Notes under the pieces: generated by a model | The model's input: only the letters and a program-made list of their open reading frames with translations | What the model was told of the DNA's origin: nothing | The model's database searches: none | Shown here: in pieces, positions 24,923-35,915 of the stretch | Numbering within the stretch: the first letter of the stretch is position 1 | Layout: every line of letters starts with the position of its first letter | Source: Azolla caroliniana | Taxonomy: Eukaryota; Plantae; Polypodiophyta | DNA: 64,000 nucleotides | Assembly: GCA_043228905.1 (NCBI GenBank) | Contig: JBHGNT010000002.1 | Coordinates: forward strand, 6,944,001 to 7,008,000 | Direction of reading: 5' to 3' | Translations under genes and position numbers: made by a program

Positions 24923-25811
24923 GGTCTCTTTCTTCTCCCCGCACCGGTGTCTCCATTGTCGCTCTTGCCCAATCAGGTTGAGAGTAATGGCTGTCCGCCA
25001 TCACTTCTTCTTCCTCCTCCTCTTCTGATCTTTCCATGGTTATGGCACTTGTTTTCACCTCCTCTTAATCTGTTTGTTGCCACTTCCGCTTCTTCTCCCT
25101 GCACCAACGTCTCTGTTGTTGCTCTTGCCCAATGAGGTCGAGTGTAATGGCTGTCCGCCATCACTTCTTCTTCCTCCACTTCCGATCTTGCCATGGTTAT
25201 GGCACTTGTTTTCACCTCCTCTTCATCCGATTGTTGCTGCTTCCGTTGTCGTGAAGATTTTTGGCAACAGTGTGAAAATTGCGTGGAACGGACAAAATGA
25301 GAAGGTGCAATGTGCACATGTATGAAAGGACTGATGGTTACATATGTATGTTAGCACGTTAATGTGCATGTGTGATGTGTGTTTAAAGGCGTTCATTACA
25401 CAAAATATAAAAATAAACCTAGGGCCTAGTGAGATTGAGTGCGTATAGAGAGGGGTGCAGGCAATATTTAAACCTTGTACCTCCAATGTAGATGAGAATT
25501 GATTTACCACTAGGACTATTATCATATACTTTAAATTTTATGTATTTACTTTTCATATTCAAATTACATACGAAACAACAATACAAAACCGTGTGCACAA
25601 AACCATGGTTTTAAGCCAATGGTTTTGTGCATGTCACAAAGCAAAATTGTGTGCACAGAAACCATGGCTCCAAGCCCATGGTTTTGTGCATGGACAAACC
25701 TATAAAAACCCCTAGTAGGGCTTGTGTAAAGGGGGGGGTTAATTTGGAGATCATCATCATCATCATCAATAATATAATATTCTTCTTGACATCTATCTTC
25801 TTCTCGAGTAT

Positions 25812-26268
25812 TGTTAATCGGCTAATTACTAACTACTACCGATACAGAAGAGTGAACGTCGCTACTCAACGTTCTAACAAGGAATTGTGTTTTACGAACG
25901 GAATTATACTATATTAATCGGTAATTACCGTGATCGTTACTTAGTTATAAATTAGGAAGCTTGCACTTAAGAACATAGACAATAGAAAGAACACAGAATC
26001 CGTACAGGATATTCCTAACTTAAACTTATATTACTAAATAAAACGACCTTTCTTACAATGCCTTCGGTTCCCTTTTATAGGTATACCGAAGGTCTTTTCT
26101 CATCAAGAACTATTCCTACTTACTATCAAGAATTACAAAATTATCTAACTAACTTAGTTCTCTTCGTTTACTGCTGAGTCATTGATCCGAACAGTCGATC
26201 CGAACCGACTCCGTTTTCGACGCTTTCCCACTTGTTCGGTAAAACTGACTGTTTGGGTCCGGGTAACA
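25812..26268 (-). repeat. 3' LTR of R1a
   Basis: Direct repeat of 34713-35169; TG...CA. Confidence 0.96.
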
Positions 26269-26270
26269 CT

Positions 26271-26310
26271 TGGCACGTCCGTGGGCCAGGACCTTGTCCA
26301 GCGAACCCAC
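26271..26310 (-). other. tRNA-Arg(UCU)-3'-like motif at the PPT position (R1a)
   Basis: Minus strand GTGGGTTCG-CTGGACAAGGTCCTG-GCCCACGGACGTGCCA-AG-LTR; plus strand reads like a PBS (LTR-CT-TGGCACGTCCGTGGG). Confidence 0.9.
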
Positions 26311-26480
26311 GCCTATTCCTATAGCTCTTCATTCGAATCGTTCAGAATATCAAAAATCGAAGGCTCTTCTGGCCTTGGATGTATTCCACCTATATCTTCC
26401 TCTTCATCTTCATCTTCATCTGTGTCACAGTTGTCATTCGGAGCAGGTTTTGAATGTTGTGATTCGGTTGGCTGCTCTGG

Positions 26481-28958
26481 TTAACTTCTTCCGGGAGCTT
26501 GAAGACCAGGAGTCTTGCTGGTTCTTTCGGCTTCGATTTTATCCAACTGGACGGAAGTGCCTATATCATTTTTATCGAATTCTTGCATAATACGTTGAAT
26601 TTCTTCTCTGTAAAATGCCGCAATTTCGTCCATATCTTTCATGATATCCTCTTGGATATTGTCAATATCCTTTTGTGCCATTTTAAAAAAACCTGCACCT
26701 TGGACCTGACGGTTATTTTTGTCGGCACGCAATAACTGTAATTCCGCCGCTTGTGCCGTCCATAACTTCCATCCTTGCGCAAGGGATTCATCGATCATTT
26801 TCTTTGCTAGGTTTCGATGTTTCCCTATGATGTGCTGCACTTTGTCCCTAGTGATGCTTGCGACGTATTGGGCGGTTTGCAACTCTTTCTGTAAATCCGT
26901 AATAGTGGCTCGGTTTTCACTTTCAGCTCGCATTAGTTTGGATTCTACTACATATATGTCCAGCCGTCTTTGTTCCGATATCTTCCGAATTTCGTCCAGT
27001 TGTTGTTCGAATGCCGATTTCTCTTTGCACCATTCCTCCTGCTGTTCCGTAAATCTTCTGTTGACTTCTTCAAGACTCCGCTCTTTTTCTGTCAATTGAC
27101 TTTCCTGTGACACTATATACCTTTCGAATTCTTCAATTTGTTCGGTATATGTATGATTGGCCGTCTTAGCTTCTTCTAGATTTTTTTGTAATTCGTTTAT
27201 TAATTGATTTTTTTCTTCGAGAACTTTGTATTGACCATTCTGAATGGTTTCTATTTGTTTTTCTAATTCTGTAGTTCGAAATACAGCGTTGTTGGCCCTT
27301 GTTGTTTCTGCTTGACGTGCTTTCTCAGTGTCCTCCAATTTCTGCTGCCATTCTGACTCCGACACCATAAGCCGTGCCTGTGTTTCCCATTTGTTTAGAC
27401 TTTCTTTTAGTTCTTTATTTTCTGCCTGTATGTTACAAAACTGATGTTTCAGCACCTCCGCCGATGCTGATACACTTTTGTATCTTTCAGCCATATCACT
27501 GGCTGCTTTGCGTGCCGTTTCATATTCTTTATGAATTTCGACCAGTGCTTCATGTAATGGTGGCATTTCAATAGCCTCCCCTCTATTCTGTGCACTTCTT
27601 TTCCGGCCGATTTTCTCTATCTCTGCTTTTTCTTGAGGTTCCAACACTCCTCGTAAGGCTTTCTGTATCATTATTCGGTCATTATGTTCTTGAGCCAGCC
27701 GTTCTGATACTTCTGTCAGTCTTTTAGCCAACCATTCAACCAGTTCGTATGAAGTTCCGAACTGTAAAATGGCAGCTAATTCATGTGCTGCTGGTGGAAT
27801 ATCCAAGTACCCATGTGCTTCCCGAATTGCTTCTTTTGAAGATTGTCCTTGTTGAGGTTGTGTCGAAACGCTTTCATTCCCTGGTTTTATTACTTCTGTT
27901 ACTACAGGCGTATTCGAATTTTCCTTTGTGCGTTGCCTTTTCGGTGCTGACCCCTCACTGTTTTCTGGTTGGAATTGCCGATTAGCCTTTTGTTTAATCC
28001 TTGTCCTTTGTCGCATCTTCTCTGCTTGTTGTCGATTTTCTGTTGGCTGTTGCTTGTTTATCAAATTGTCAACTGTTTCTTGTTCGGCTGCTGGTTGCCT
28101 GTTTTCGGAATTCTCTGGTCTTGGTGGTTCCGACTGAGGCATATTCGTTTGTATATTATCGACATGTGCCGATTCTTCCTCTATCCATTCTTCATGTACT
28201 ACCTGTCGGTGTCTTCGCGGTGCTTGTACTATCGGTGGTCTTCTTGACTGAACAGGAGTTTCCGATTCTTGAATCGGAAACAATACCGATATCCAACGAC
28301 CAAAAATTTGCTTCATCGGTTTTCCTGTTTTTACCCCTTGTAGCTGCTCTCTGAGAGCTTCCCCCGACAATAGTGGCCAGTTGAAATCCTCCTTTTCGTA
28401 TGCGGCTATGATAAACCCAACCCTTTTTTTCGGCATACAATAAAAACGGGGACTGACAAATCCCACCTCTAGTAAAAATCTAGCCACTTCATGGAAAAAC
28501 TCATCCCGACCTCCATAAGTCTGATATGCTTTTGCCGAGGGTGAGTATTCCCCGAAATACGATTGGACCTCAAAGCCTCCTCTTGGCATCTGTAATGCAT
28601 TTCGTATTTTCTTTGTGGTGACCTTGGTGATGTCTAACTGTTGTATCAATTCTTCCGCCTGCGGATGAGGTTCCGCTTCTGCTACTTTGATGAAACCTTG
28701 TAAGTTTCTCTCATGAAGCCATAGTCGCAGTTCTTCAGACACAGGAATCGGCATGACTTCTGTGTTTGCTTGTTCTGAATCACTTGTCGATGACGGTTGG
28801 AGATCTGCACAGCTTCTGTAGCGATGAAAATCAGAAAAACAGAGTTTGGGCGAAATAGGGCACGAAGGCTCAGACTGTTTCGATATCTGCACTCGTTTCT
28901 GTTGTTTTGGCGACACAGACGATACAGAAATATGCTTTAAAGATATTAATTTATGCAT
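26481..28958 (-). CDS. Accessory ORF2 of R1a (825 aa; premature stop removes the acidic tail)
   Basis: Long ORF, same sense as pol, closely similar to 59151-61811; globular N-domain, disordered linker, long coiled coil. Confidence 0.85.
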   Translation of the reverse strand: MHKLISLKHISVSSVSPKQQKRVQISKQSEPSCPISPKLCFSDFHRYRSCADLQPSSTSDSEQANTEVMPIPVSEELRLWLHERNLQGFIKVAEAEPHPQAEELIQQLDITKVTTKKIRNALQMPRGGFEVQSYFGEYSPSAKAYQTYGGRDEFFHEVARFLLEVGFVSPRFYCMPKKRVGFIIAAYEKEDFNWPLLSGEALREQLQGVKTGKPMKQIFGRWISVLFPIQESETPVQSRRPPIVQAPRRHRQVVHEEWIEEESAHVDNIQTNMPQSEPPRPENSENRQPAAEQETVDNLINKQQPTENRQQAEKMRQRTRIKQKANRQFQPENSEGSAPKRQRTKENSNTPVVTEVIKPGNESVSTQPQQGQSSKEAIREAHGYLDIPPAAHELAAILQFGTSYELVEWLAKRLTEVSERLAQEHNDRIMIQKALRGVLEPQEKAEIEKIGRKRSAQNRGEAIEMPPLHEALVEIHKEYETARKAASDMAERYKSVSASAEVLKHQFCNIQAENKELKESLNKWETQARLMVSESEWQQKLEDTEKARQAETTRANNAVFRTTELEKQIETIQNGQYKVLEEKNQLINELQKNLEEAKTANHTYTEQIEEFERYIVSQESQLTEKERSLEEVNRRFTEQQEEWCKEKSAFEQQLDEIRKISEQRRLDIYVVESKLMRAESENRATITDLQKELQTAQYVASITRDKVQHIIGKHRNLAKKMIDESLAQGWKLWTAQAAELQLLRADKNNRQVQGAGFFKMAQKDIDNIQEDIMKDMDEIAAFYREEIQRIMQEFDKNDIGTSVQLDKIEAERTSKTPGLQAPGRS

Positions 28959-29160
28959 TATGACTAAAGAATAGTAATTGCTATTAATGTAGGATTTAAT
29001 TAGTATTAACTCTACGTGTAGTGGTTGTACTACTTACTAATAATCATGCAATTCCTCTTTCTATTTATAGTCGACTTAGACTGTTATGGCAAGATTGTAT
29101 TTCTGCATTTGACAAGAACTATTGAGTGAGTTAGTTAGTTAGTTTTTTTTTTTTTTTTTT

Positions 29161-32100
29161 TTACTCTTCCGTTTGAATAAACGGATTTACCGGCATATCT
29201 CCCAAATACGGTTTAAGCCGGAATCCATTTACCCATTTCGGTAAAACCTCTCCGGTTAATGATCCCAGCTGATACGTACCATTTTTACTATTAATTATCC
29301 ATACTGGACCTGTCCATCTATACCCGAGTTTCCCAGGCATAAGTCCCATTCTCGTCTGGAATACCAATACCGGTTTCCCAATTTCGAATTGCTCTTCCGA
29401 TTTCCTTCGATGTCGATTTACGAATGCCTTGATTTGTCTCTCCTTGTGTTCTAGTGCTGACATTGATTGAATCCGTTCTTCTTCTAATACTAATAAAGCC
29501 TCTTTGCGTATCTGCTCCGATTCTATCTCATTTAACTTATTCGTCGCTTGGATACGAAGTGTCGGAATTTGAAATTCGATCGGCATAACGGCTTCAAGTC
29601 CGAATGCCATTCGAAAAGGTGTTGATTTAATGGATGTTTTGTACGAAGTACGATATGCCCATAATGCACTATTTAACTTTTGATCCCAATCAGTACGATT
29701 TTCATTCACTATCTTCTTTAAAATTGTTTGAATTGTTTTATTTGTCGATTCTGCCAATCCATTAGCTTGGGGATAGTAAGGCGTACTTTTCTTATGAACT
29801 ACGACATAGTAATTGGTTAATTCGTTAATTAACTTGTTAATAAAATGAGTGCCTTGATCGCTTACCAATTCTATTGGGCAACCGAATCGACACCATATAT
29901 TTCCATACAGGAATTTTGCTGTGGATGCTGCTGTATTGTCTCTGAGAGCTTTTGCTTCAACCCATTTTGTGCAATAGTCAGTCGCAATTATGATATATCG
30001 ATTACCGGTTCTTGCAGCTGCTGGTTTGAATGGGCCAACAAAATCTAAGCCCCATTTCTGAAATGGTTCAAGAGGTAAAACCGGTTGAAAAGGCATTCGA
30101 TCCTTTTCGGTCGGTTGCCCCATTCTTTGACACAAATCGCATTTCTTACAGTATTCGTTAGCATCTTTCATCACCGTTGGCCACCATAACCTGCTATTCC
30201 ATATTTTTCTGGCTGTTGCTTCTCCTGCGTAATGACCGCCAGCAATTCCACAATGTGACTCTGTTAATATGGCTGATTTTTCAAATTTCCGTACTGCCCT
30301 TCGCCATATTCCATCCGCTCCTTTATGATACAACATGTCATTAAACAAACAAAAATTTCGACTTCGTACTGCAATTCTTTTTCTTTCATCTGTCGACATG
30401 TGTTCGGCCGGAATTCCTGTTGATAGAAATATCGTCATTTCGGAAATCCATTCATCCTCTTTTTCCTCATTCATTTCTTGTGCTTTTACTGCCTCAACCC
30501 GAAATAATTGAGTATCTGGAAAATCATCTTTAACACCAACCGCTTCTTCTCCAGATTCAAGCCGACTGAGATAGTCAGCAATCGCGTGCTGTGCTCCTGG
30601 TCGATGTATAATGTCGAATTCAAACTCTTGAAGCAATAACGTCCATCTGGCTAACTTGCCTGTCAATTCTTGTTTGGAAACTAGATACAGTAGAGCCGAA
30701 TGATCCACATGAAATGTAAATTTCTTACCCAAAAGGTAATGTCGAAATTTGTTCACACTATATATCATTCCCAAAGCTTCTCTTTCGGTTGTTGAATAGT
30801 TTCTTTCGGCCGACGAAAGTTTCCTACTGGCATAGTATACCGGCCTATACCAGTTTGGTTCGGATAATTGCATTAAAGCACTGCCTATGGCAATGTCCGA
30901 CGCATCGACGAAAACATGAAATGGTTTGTTCCAGTCCGGTGGTTGAACTACCGGAACCTTTGTCAGCATCTTCTTGAGACATTCGTATGCATCTTGTTCT
31001 ATACTTGTCCATATAAAAGGAACTTTGTGTACTGCTGTGTGTAACGGAATAGCAATGTCTGCTAGATATCTCATCATTCTACTGTGCCACCGAATTTGAC
31101 CCAAAAATCTACTTAGAGCTTTAGCATTTGTTGGTGGTGTTGCCTCAATAATTGCTTTAACTTTGTCTGGGTCCACTACAATCCCTTCTTGACTGACAAT
31201 ATGCCCAAGTAACGTACCACTCATTACTCCGAATGCGCATTTGGCTGGATTTAAGCTAAGACGCCCTTTTCGACATTTTTCTAAACATAGCCGTAAATGC
31301 TCAAAATGATCAGCTTTCCGACTATATACCGCAAAATCATCTAAAAACACCTGCATGAAAGCTGGAATATATTCCCCGAATATTTCCTGTATTACCCGCT
31401 GAAATGTAGCTGGAGCTGTTTTTAAACCGAACATCATTACTACTGCCACAAAGACACCCCATTCTGTGACGAAAGCTGTCTTTTCCTGATCTTCCGGATT
31501 CATCCGTACTTGGTTGTAACCACTGAACCCATCCAAGAAACTATAAATTTCATGTCCCGCTACTGCATCTAATATCCCATCTGTGAATGGCAACGGAAAC
31601 GCATCCGTAATTGTCGCTGCATTCAATTTTCTGTAATCCACACATACGCGAATTTTCCCATTCTTTTTCGGGACTACTACTATCGGACTCAGCCATGTTG
31701 ATTTTTTGACGGGTCGAATAAATCCTACTTTTAAGAGTTTATCGATTTCTTCTTTTACTTTGATAGCATAATTCGGATTCAACCTGTACCTGCGTTGTTG
31801 TACTGGCTTTGCATCTTTATGCAAATTGATTTGATGTTGACAAAAAGCAGGATCCAGACCTTTCATATCGTCAAACGACCATGCAAAAACATCTTTATAT
31901 TGTAATAGTAATGTTGTTAATGTCCGTTTGTCATTTTCCGCCAAATCTCTAGCAATCAAGACTGTTTTTCTTTCACCATCCTCTACTCCTGCCAAATCGA
32001 TCTCCTCCAATGCTGAGGCTTGCACTCTCTGAGATACCTTCATTTCCTTATCTGTAGCTTCTTGTTGCATTCGTATTTCTTTCATTGTTTGCTCATCTAT

Positions 32101-33033
32101 TGGCACTTCTTCGTGTGAGTCTACATATGGTGTTAATGCTTGCAAAATATCTACCTCAAATAGAGGGATGATTTTCTGATTATCATTGAAATACTGACTT
32201 TCTTCTTCCTCGTCCAATCCTTCCATCATGTTAACTGCTTCTGCATGTACAGGTAAACTCTGTTTGCTTGTTGTCACTTTGTTGTGCGTCGGAATCCTGA
32301 CTTTAGTTTTTCCTTTCCTAAATGTTAGCACATTTTGTTTCCAATTTTGTTTAATATTAGCTGTCTTTAACCATGGTCTCCCCAATAACAAGGGGTATGC
32401 TCCCTGTGTTTCTAACTGCAAAATTACTACCGAAATCTGAAAACTGTGTCCCCCGATTATTACATCCAGTTGTCGAAGCAAACCAATCGGTCGTACCGTA
32501 CTTGTATCTGCCATTCGTAACCAAAACGGACATGCTTCCCATTCCGTGATTCCCAGTTTTTCACATGTAGTTTTGTTAATCACATTAACACCCGAGCCTC
32601 CATCTATAATCACATTTCCGATTTCTTGCCCGTAAAGTATTACCTTAATCGACGGATTCTGTTCATCCATGATCGAAGGGTTATTACTTGGCTGATTGTA
32701 GTGTACTGCTATTTGTTCGGAACCTTTATATGCAATTAATGCTGCCACTTTTTCTGTAAACCTTGGTACTAACTTAAGTAAGCCCGTAAGTGGCAATGAC
32801 ACTTGGCAATCAGCCAACAGTTTCCAAGTTTCTTCCTGTTCCTTATTCCCCAATGACTGTTGTACAGCGATGTCCTGGTCAATGTTATTGTCTTGTAACA
32901 TTCGATTCACATTACTTTGATTTGCTTCATCCACCCATTCTTTTGCCGCCTTCCGAACTTCTTCCTGAATTTCCCACTCTGATTGTTTGCTTTTGCTGCG
33001 TGTCGTTACTTGCTGAACTTCCGGTATTACCAT
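29161..33033 (-). CDS. pol: gypsy Pol (PR-RT-RH-INT), open 1290 aa
   Basis: IIDGGSGVN protease, FLDGFSGYNQ and VFLDDF RT, VDASD/EREALG RNase H, H..GGH..CDLC and GLDF/SDQG/GLAES integrase, WTGP tail; no chromodomain. Confidence 0.95.
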   Translation of the reverse strand: MVIPEVQQVTTRSKSKQSEWEIQEEVRKAAKEWVDEANQSNVNRMLQDNNIDQDIAVQQSLGNKEQEETWKLLADCQVSLPLTGLLKLVPRFTEKVAALIAYKGSEQIAVHYNQPSNNPSIMDEQNPSIKVILYGQEIGNVIIDGGSGVNVINKTTCEKLGITEWEACPFWLRMADTSTVRPIGLLRQLDVIIGGHSFQISVVILQLETQGAYPLLLGRPWLKTANIKQNWKQNVLTFRKGKTKVRIPTHNKVTTSKQSLPVHAEAVNMMEGLDEEEESQYFNDNQKIIPLFEVDILQALTPYVDSHEEVPIDEQTMKEIRMQQEATDKEMKVSQRVQASALEEIDLAGVEDGERKTVLIARDLAENDKRTLTTLLLQYKDVFAWSFDDMKGLDPAFCQHQINLHKDAKPVQQRRYRLNPNYAIKVKEEIDKLLKVGFIRPVKKSTWLSPIVVVPKKNGKIRVCVDYRKLNAATITDAFPLPFTDGILDAVAGHEIYSFLDGFSGYNQVRMNPEDQEKTAFVTEWGVFVAVVMMFGLKTAPATFQRVIQEIFGEYIPAFMQVFLDDFAVYSRKADHFEHLRLCLEKCRKGRLSLNPAKCAFGVMSGTLLGHIVSQEGIVVDPDKVKAIIEATPPTNAKALSRFLGQIRWHSRMMRYLADIAIPLHTAVHKVPFIWTSIEQDAYECLKKMLTKVPVVQPPDWNKPFHVFVDASDIAIGSALMQLSEPNWYRPVYYASRKLSSAERNYSTTEREALGMIYSVNKFRHYLLGKKFTFHVDHSALLYLVSKQELTGKLARWTLLLQEFEFDIIHRPGAQHAIADYLSRLESGEEAVGVKDDFPDTQLFRVEAVKAQEMNEEKEDEWISEMTIFLSTGIPAEHMSTDERKRIAVRSRNFCLFNDMLYHKGADGIWRRAVRKFEKSAILTESHCGIAGGHYAGEATARKIWNSRLWWPTVMKDANEYCKKCDLCQRMGQPTEKDRMPFQPVLPLEPFQKWGLDFVGPFKPAAARTGNRYIIIATDYCTKWVEAKALRDNTAASTAKFLYGNIWCRFGCPIELVSDQGTHFINKLINELTNYYVVVHKKSTPYYPQANGLAESTNKTIQTILKKIVNENRTDWDQKLNSALWAYRTSYKTSIKSTPFRMAFGLEAVMPIEFQIPTLRIQATNKLNEIESEQIRKEALLVLEEERIQSMSALEHKERQIKAFVNRHRRKSEEQFEIGKPVLVFQTRMGLMPGKLGYRWTGPVWIINSKNGTYQLGSLTGEVLPKWVNGFRLKPYLGDMPVNPFIQTEE

Positions 33034-33255
33034 ATTAACTATTGGACCCTTTCCTTTAACCGGACATTGATTAGCATAATGGCCTAGTTGTCGACAAATG
33101 TAACAAGTGGGTACAAATGTTGCACTGGTCTCTCCATGTGCAAATTGGCCGTTATTAAATTGCTTCTCTTCATTACCATTCGGGTTTTGTTGGTATTGAC
33201 GTGTAGCTTTTGGTTTGTAAAATCTCTTGTTTTTATACCGATTCTGCCTAAATTG

Positions 33256-34653
33256 TTAAGTATTATCATTTGGTTGTGCTATATTGTGTGGTATCCCGAA
33301 CTCCTGATTTGGCGGACAATTACTCTGTTGAAACATTTGATTATTTTGTGGAACGGTTTGAGTATTATGTTGAAAGGTCATATTACCCGGTTGAAATGCC
33401 GGATTTGGTTGAAATGTAGAATTCGGTTGCACATTCGGACAGTTCTGTTGAAACCCTTGAAATGGTGGGTTACCTTGTTGGAAACTTTGATTATTTTGTT
33501 GAAAATATTGATTCGGATTCTGTACGAATGGTGGGTTGGATTGAGCAAAACCTGGTTGAAATGCTTGAGTCACTTGAGTGGGTTGCATATTTTGTTGTGA
33601 AAAGATCTGATTTGGCTGTAGAACCGGATTCTGTTGTACATTTTGCTGATTTTGTGAAAAATTATTATTTTGATAACCATTGAACAGATTAGTGTTATTT
33701 TGGTAACCATTGTCAGTAAAAATTTGTCGTACTGACGCCGTAGTCTTATTAAGCAGATTATATTCACATTGTTCTACTGAATGTAATTTTGAATGACATA
33801 TTGTACAATGTGTTCTTAACGTACATTCAATTGCCGAATGCCCCGTATTTAAACAAGTGGTGCATTGAACTGCTTGTCGAAATTGTAACTCCTCTATTGT
33901 TGGTAATGTACGGTGTAATGCCGACATGTCCATACTCTGAACATTGATCGGTGGTCGACCCATTTCTATTGCTTTATCAATTACTTGTTCGATAGTCTGA
34001 TTTCGAAAATCGAACACTTTCAATGTCGTCCTTAATGGTTCTTTTACAGCTTCTAGAAAGACTTCTTTTAATTCCTTATCCGGAATCGGCCTTGAAATCT
34101 GAAGCTGTAAGTTCTGAAATCGTATCACAAACTGAGATACTGTTTCATTTTTTTCTTGATATAACGCATAAAATTGCGCAATCAAATCCTTCTGCGGAAT
34201 TTGTTGATGAAATAATTGTAAAAATTTACTAGTTAACACTTCAAAGGATGGAAATCCTTGAAGACCGTTCTGCGCAAACCAATTGGCGGAATATCCGTCT
34301 AATGATAAGACGAACTTAGCGATTTTTGACTTATCTTCGGCATCTGCCGACAATCGCTGAGCTCCATGGTTAATCTCCCATGTCGTTAAGAAATCCCTAA
34401 CATGTGTTTCCGCATCTGTTCCTTCCCAGAACTTAGAATAAGTATAAGGCATATCGTCCCAAATGTCGTAAAACGATACCTCTTCCGTCTGTTTTTCGCC
34501 TGAAGGTAATTGATCGGATAAGTCAGGAAGTTTCGACCACTTTGTGCTTGATTCCGGCTGTTCTTGCGCAATGAACGCTTGCTGCACTACCTTCGTAACT
34601 GACCTTGTACGAGGGCGCTTACAACTGACCGGTGCCTCCTCTTCATACGACAT
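33256..34653 (-). CDS. gag: gypsy Gag, in frame with pol but cut by a TAA (GAA in R1b)
   Basis: QEKNETVSQFVIRF capsid motif, two CCHC knuckles, Q/N-rich tract. Confidence 0.85.
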   Translation of the reverse strand: MSYEEEAPVSCKRPRTRSVTKVVQQAFIAQEQPESSTKWSKLPDLSDQLPSGEKQTEEVSFYDIWDDMPYTYSKFWEGTDAETHVRDFLTTWEINHGAQRLSADAEDKSKIAKFVLSLDGYSANWFAQNGLQGFPSFEVLTSKFLQLFHQQIPQKDLIAQFYALYQEKNETVSQFVIRFQNLQLQISRPIPDKELKEVFLEAVKEPLRTTLKVFDFRNQTIEQVIDKAIEMGRPPINVQSMDMSALHRTLPTIEELQFRQAVQCTTCLNTGHSAIECTLRTHCTICHSKLHSVEQCEYNLLNKTTASVRQIFTDNGYQNNTNLFNGYQNNNFSQNQQNVQQNPVLQPNQIFSQQNMQPTQVTQAFQPGFAQSNPPFVQNPNQYFQQNNQSFQQGNPPFQGFQQNCPNVQPNSTFQPNPAFQPGNMTFQHNTQTVPQNNQMFQQSNCPPNQEFGIPHNIAQPNDNT

Positions 34654-34688
34654 CCATTCGAATTGTTCTCTGCTTAATTGCAGATGTA

Positions 34689-34701
34689 ACCGGGCGTGCC
34701 A
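34689..34701 (-). promoter_or_regulatory. PBS, tRNA-Arg(UCU) (R1a)
   Basis: TGGCACGCCCGGT, 11 nt inside the 5' LTR. Confidence 0.85.
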
Positions 34702-34712
34702 AAATTCTTCTG

Positions 34713-35169
34713 TGTTAATCGGCTAATTACTAACTACTACCGATACAGAAGAGTGAACGTCGCTACTCAACGTTCTAACAAGGAATTGTGTTTTACGAAC
34801 GGAATTATACTATATTAATCGGTAATTACCGTGATCGTTACTTAGTTATAAATTAGGAAGCTTGCACTTAAGAACATAGACAATAGAAAGAACACAGAAT
34901 CCGTACAGGATATTCCTAACTTAAACTTATATTACTAAATAAAACGACCTTTCTTACAATGCCTTCGGTTCCCTTTTATAGGTATACCGAAGGTCTTTTC
35001 TCATCAAGAACTATTCCTACTTACTATCAAGAATTACAAAATTATCTAACTAACTTAGTTCTCTTCGTTTACTGCTGAGTCATTGATCCGAACAGTCGAT
35101 CCGAACCGACTCCGTTTTCGACGCTTTCCCACTTGTTCGGTAAAACTGACTGTCCGGGTCCGGGTAACA
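34713..35169 (-). repeat. 5' LTR of R1a
   Basis: TGTTACCCGG...GATTAACA on the minus strand; CTATAAAA TATA box in sense orientation. Confidence 0.96.
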
Positions 35170-35882
35170 AGTATAAAAATCTTTGTTCTTTCCAAATGTG
35201 ACATTGGTTTCCTCAAATCGTACATACACATCATCGTCTTTTCAACATGTTCATGAACGTCCTCCCTAGTCCATGGCCCTAGTGGTCTTGCTCACATGAA
35301 GCACGACTGCCGGCGAATCTTCGCGAAACCGCTTGATAAGGTCCACGATAGTATCATGGAACTCCTTCTTAGTGATCCCAAGTAGTTCTCTCAAAGTAAG
35401 GTCGACATGACTGTGTAGAACCTTCTCCTTACGGACCTTGTGCAAGTCAATTGTTTGTTCAATGTCCGACCTTAGCTTGTAAGTCGGTGCCTCTCATTCT
35501 TTTCCTTTCTTCCATTCGAGTAGGTCGGCTCGATCCACCGGGTTTCATGCTTGTTTCTCCAACCTCTTTTCGTGGCATAAGTTGGGCTTGCCCTTCTTTC
35601 CTTGTGTTCCTCGTGTTGGGACGCTTTGATGTGCCATCTTCTTCACAAGCTCTTTTCCTCTTCTCTTCGACAAGAGCTTCATAGTTGTCGCACACAACCT
35701 CCGCAAAGCTTGTGTTATTGTCGATTGGATCCGACCATCCGGTAACTCGTCGCACGTTCCGATCAACAATTTTTAGGTCCTCCAAATCGATTTTGCCTTT
35801 TTTCTTGCACTCAAAGACTTTCGGCCAAAACCCAGCCGCTCGCACGAAGCACGACTGCGTGCGAATCTTCGTGACATCTATT

Positions 35883-35899
35883 TGGTGAACCTGACGTGA
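35883..35899 (+). promoter_or_regulatory. PBS, tRNA-Trp (element F)
   Basis: TGGTGAACCTGACGTGA, complementary to the plant tRNA-Trp 3' end as recalled, 6 nt after the LTR. Confidence 0.82.
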
Positions 35900-35915
35900 A
35901 GAGCGGCAAGGGAGG

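Larger units (their letters stand above)
25812..35169 (-). mobile_element. Ty3/gypsy element R1a (non-chromovirus), full length, with accessory ORF2
   Basis: 457-bp LTRs differing at about 2 positions by eye; perfect TSD AGTAT; Arg PBS; gag-PR-RT-RH-INT then ORF2. Confidence 0.97.
25247..35328 (+). repeat. Solo LTR, group W (~720 bp net), split by element R1a
   Basis: Starts TGTCGTGAAGATTTTTGG like 37883; ends GCGAATCTTCGCGAAA like 35860-35876; TSD CCGT/CCGC; host frame LIKR|KQQQ rejoins. Confidence 0.85.
8570..35825 (-). mobile_element. Old gypsy group W element Wa, gag-pol broken into four pieces by nested insertions
   Basis: Collinear minus-strand pieces: gag end 35329-35825, protease 24381-25246, linker and RT 11785-12677, RT 8570-8674; pieces join across the TSDs of the nested elements. 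Confidence 0.8.

Noticed and set aside
33247-33261. Programmed readthrough at the R1a gag stop (TAA CAA TTT resembles CARYYA)
   Set aside because: The context is imperfect, sister R1b has GAA here, and the stop precedes the third zinc knuckle; a nonsense mutation is simpler.
25247-35876. One long 5' LTR for element F spanning 25247-35876
   Set aside because: The LTR ends at 35328 with a TSD, and 35329-35825 is gag of host Wa; these are separate insertions.
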